The notes under the pieces were generated by a model, which searched no databases, was not told where the DNA came from, and saw only the letters and a list, made by a program, of their open reading frames with translations. A stretch of 62,792 nucleotides of DNA, filler included, from Craspedostauros australis (taxonomy: Eukaryota), in the NCBI GenBank assembly GCA_030167865.1. It is 6 parts of 6 records of this genome, joined end to end, with 100 filler letters (N's around TTAATTAATTAA, not from the genome) between each part and the next. Parts side by side here need not be neighbours in the genome. Positions count along the whole stretch, not along the records: positions 60,075 to 62,792 come from JALAGF010005985.1; 5 more parts are not named here. One strand, 5' to 3'. Each line of letters opens with the position of its first letter. The first letter of the stretch is position 1. Made by a program: the position numbers and the translations under genes. Positions 60,075-62,792 of this stretch are shown in pieces.

Positions 60075-62570
60075 GCGTCAGTATCACAGGGTTGAGTCTG
60101 ACTTTTGCCGCAAGCCAAGTCAATGCCGAGCTTGGGGTAAATGTTCCAGAGATTTGGTGAGAGGGTTGATGTGCGACTTCGTGTACGTGTGATTGGATTT
60201 TGCGAATTGTTTTGTTTCGCGCCATATTTGGGGTACTCCANNGGTGTTTTGGGCTTATTCCAATGGTGACGTTTTTGGTTGCGCTTGCGAGTTTTGGTCC
60301 GAGCAGGGCGATGTTCTGATTGCGCGTTCCGTGGCGGACTAGTATTGAGAGCTCGCATTGGCACGGGATCAGTTGTCTTACTGTTCTCTGTCATCGCGTC
60401 GTAGAGAGTGCGCTTCACAGGTTCATTGAAGTGGATGGGGCGGCGAATGTTGCTCTTGGACTTGGTTCGAGTCATTGTTTGAGTGGTGTTGACAGCTCTG
60501 TTGGGGCTGTATCTTCGTGGCACGTTTGAGTGAAGGAGGAGCAGCGTGATGGCGATTATCATCCAGGCGTTAGTAGCCGTGACGTACCACCCGTGCTCGA
60601 CTCCGAGAGTGTAGACTTGGAGGCTCACGAAAGAAAGGATTGATCCGATCACACAGCTGAGGTAGTTGAAGGAGGTGAGGAGGTTCCACACAAACGACCA
60701 CCACTCCTTCTCGTCTTGACTGGTGGTAGCTGTTAAGCAGGTCCAAGCAGCCATGTCAACGACGAGATGGTCAGGCTTGGCGTTTTTGTTACCTTTACCT
60801 TTCGGTTTGAAGTTGTCTTGATGGCTTTCGGTGTTATGCGAAAGACGCCAACGACGACACTTGGCGCACCACATGAACGTCTTGTCGTAGACAAGCTTGC
60901 GCTGTGGTTCACCCGCTTTGGGTGGCGTGGATGCCCAACCTTGGTTCGGTTTTCGATTGCCGTTGTTGTTGTTGGGCTTCTTTGGTTGATTCTTCTTCTT
61001 CGCGTTGTTCCTTCCGAAACCCTTGTGTTGCTCAAGGATGTTGNNNNNNNNNNNNNNNNNNNNNNNNNNNNNNNNNNNNNNNNNNNNNNNNNNGGTTCAC
61101 CCGCTTTGGGTGGCGTGGATGCCCAACCTTGGTTCGGTTTTCGATTGCCGTTGTTGTTGTTGGGCTTCTTTGGTTGATTCTTCTTCTTCGCGTTGTTCCT
61201 TCCNAAACCCTTGTGTTGCTCAAGGATGTTGGCCTTTGGATGCTTGGCTACNTTGTTGAAGTACGATTGCCTGGGGACGTTNCGGTCCTTGACGCGTCTA
61301 ATGGCGTGCCANCGATCTCCTCGTACTTCGTTGTCGTACGAAGCCTGCGCTTTGTTGCAGATTGCCATCCAGGTGAGCTCCTTGGCTGCGAGCTTTGGAA
61401 GCGCTTCTTGGTACGTGAATATGGGGAGACGCTTGAGGATTATCTCAAGATCATCCTTCATCACATTAAGGGGACGTCGGTATTGTTCACCGGAAAGGAA
61501 CTTGCCGCCTGCCTGAAGGAAGGCGTCGAGGATGTTGCAGAGCAGATGGAGGTCGAAGCGACCAGCGTCATCAAGGCTCTTGCAGAGGGCGCGAAGCTTG
61601 ACAGCCATGTCTCCGACGTTTTCACCAGCGAACTGAGAGCAGTCGACTTGACGGATGTCCTTGGCGATCTTGTCTTGCTCGTCCAACGAGTTGGCGGTGA
61701 TGCTATTCATGAATTCGATGAAGAGGGTTAGGAAGTGGCTGTGATACTTCCTTTCGATTCGGTTCATGAGCTGATCTTCAAGAACTGGGTCAAGGCTGTT
61801 GAGGAAGAACGCGGCGGCTGCCCAGTTGTTTTGGACGTCGTAGTCGTCCCACTTTTCGTGGTACGCTTCGAAATGCCTCATTGAGTCTTCAAGGGTGAAG
61901 GAGGCAGGTGAGTCGAGGACACATACCATTGTTGGGGTTGCAGCGTCATCGGCAATATATGCCATGGTTAAGAGTCCCGTCTTGCTCATATGGTTGTGGT
62001 CCATCCGAATGAATTGCTGGATGTTGCCGCCTTTCTTGAACTTGTCGGTCAATCCAGTTTCGCGCTTGGCTTGGTTCGCAGAGTCGGCTCCGTTGTGGAG
62101 GATTCTCTGCTGCTGGGCGTGGGTCCATCTAGTTTGGGATCCTTCCTTGAGGCCAGTCCACTCCACGTTTGGTTCGCCTGCTGTCCAGGGTACCCAGTTG
62201 CGGCCTTGCTGGTTCATTCCACCCATGATGGGAACGATTGGCTTGGTGGTGAGGTCTTCGTCGTCGTCGTCGCTGTCGTCTTCCGGACGCTTGCCTCCTT
62301 TCGGCTTGGGGTCCGTGATGGCGTCAGCTGCGGCTTGAGAGACGGCTGCTGCCATGTTCGCTGCTTCAGCGTTGGCTTCGGCTGTTAACGTTGCCTCTTG
62401 GAGGCGAAGGTTTTCAGTCCGAATGGTCTCGAGCTGTGCTTGCAGCTCTTCCAACGTTGGGTTGGGTTCCNNNNNNNNNNNNNNNNNNNNNNNNNNNNNN
62501 NNNNNNNNNNNNNNNNNNNNNNNNNNNNNNNNNNNNNNNNNNNNNNNCTGCTCTTGCTTCGACTTCACTT
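60075..62570 (-). mobile_element. LTR retrotransposon gag region (Ty1/copia, diatom CoDi-like); pol lies beyond the contig end
   Basis: Coiled-coil N-terminus, then WDDYDVQNNWAAAAFFLNSLD and DCSQFAGENVGDM..KLRALCKSLDDAG. After collapsing the gap duplication (60906-61043 = 61094-61231): WASTPPKAGEPQRKLVYDKTFMWCAKCRRWRLSHNTESH (CCHH knuckle-like). Many ambiguous bases, as expected for a collapsed multi-copy element. Confidence 0.8.
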
Positions 62571-62792
62571 CGTTTTGAAGTTGTGCACTGAAGTACGATG
62601 CTGGCTTTAGAGAAGGCAGGCGCCTGGTCTGCAGGCGCGGTTGAGCTTCCTTGAGCAGAGGCTACTGCGGTCCGATGTTGCGATCGGTTATCGTCAGTTT
62701 GGACTATTTAGTCCTCTCGAGATGCTCGGTTTTCGAGCTGTGGAGCTTAGTGTCCACCTTGGACCTGAGGGTCCGTTTGGTATTGCTCGGTT

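Noticed and set aside
1..62792. A functional gene cluster (e.g. silicification or biotin) spanning the window
   Set aside because: The genes are functionally unrelated and the window comprises six artificially joined contigs, so adjacency across linkers is not evidence. No tRNA or rRNA genes were recognised.

Overview
Eukaryotic nuclear DNA from a diatom, most likely pennate. Evidence: a silicon transporter with GXQ motifs, DUF6824/HSF/helicase-associated-domain proteins, bipartite plastid-targeting signals, GT-AG introns and a CoDi-like copia gag. The window is a draft assembly of six contigs joined by artificial 100-bp N44-TTAATTAATTAA-N44 linkers (11665, 32063, 53923, 57571, 59975). Several internal N gaps have duplicated flanks. 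Genes in order: SIT (5' part, missed by the ORF track), BioF ending in -SKL, an NTF2/SnoaL-like protein, a DUF6824 protein, a secreted PT/Cys-repeat protein, two small membrane proteins, HSF, a ketopantoate-reductase-like plastid protein, a GT32 glycosyltransferase, a plastid NAD(P)-binding protein, an HA-domain protein, ankyrin-BTB, a Cir_N protein, NOC4, a spliced ARM-repeat protein, a 3-exon DEP-domain/flavoprotein disulfide reductase fusion, an RNI/LRR-like protein, two FAD-monooxygenase pseudogenes, a second ankyrin-BTB copy and a retrotransposon gag. Best candidates for new biology: (1) a pair of ankyrin-BTB genes whose binding-surface codons and repeat number differ while framework and flanking DNA are conserved; (2) the DEP-reductase fusion; (3) a 604-bp MITE whose empty site is visible in the same window. 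All family assignments come from motif recognition by eye; no database search was run.
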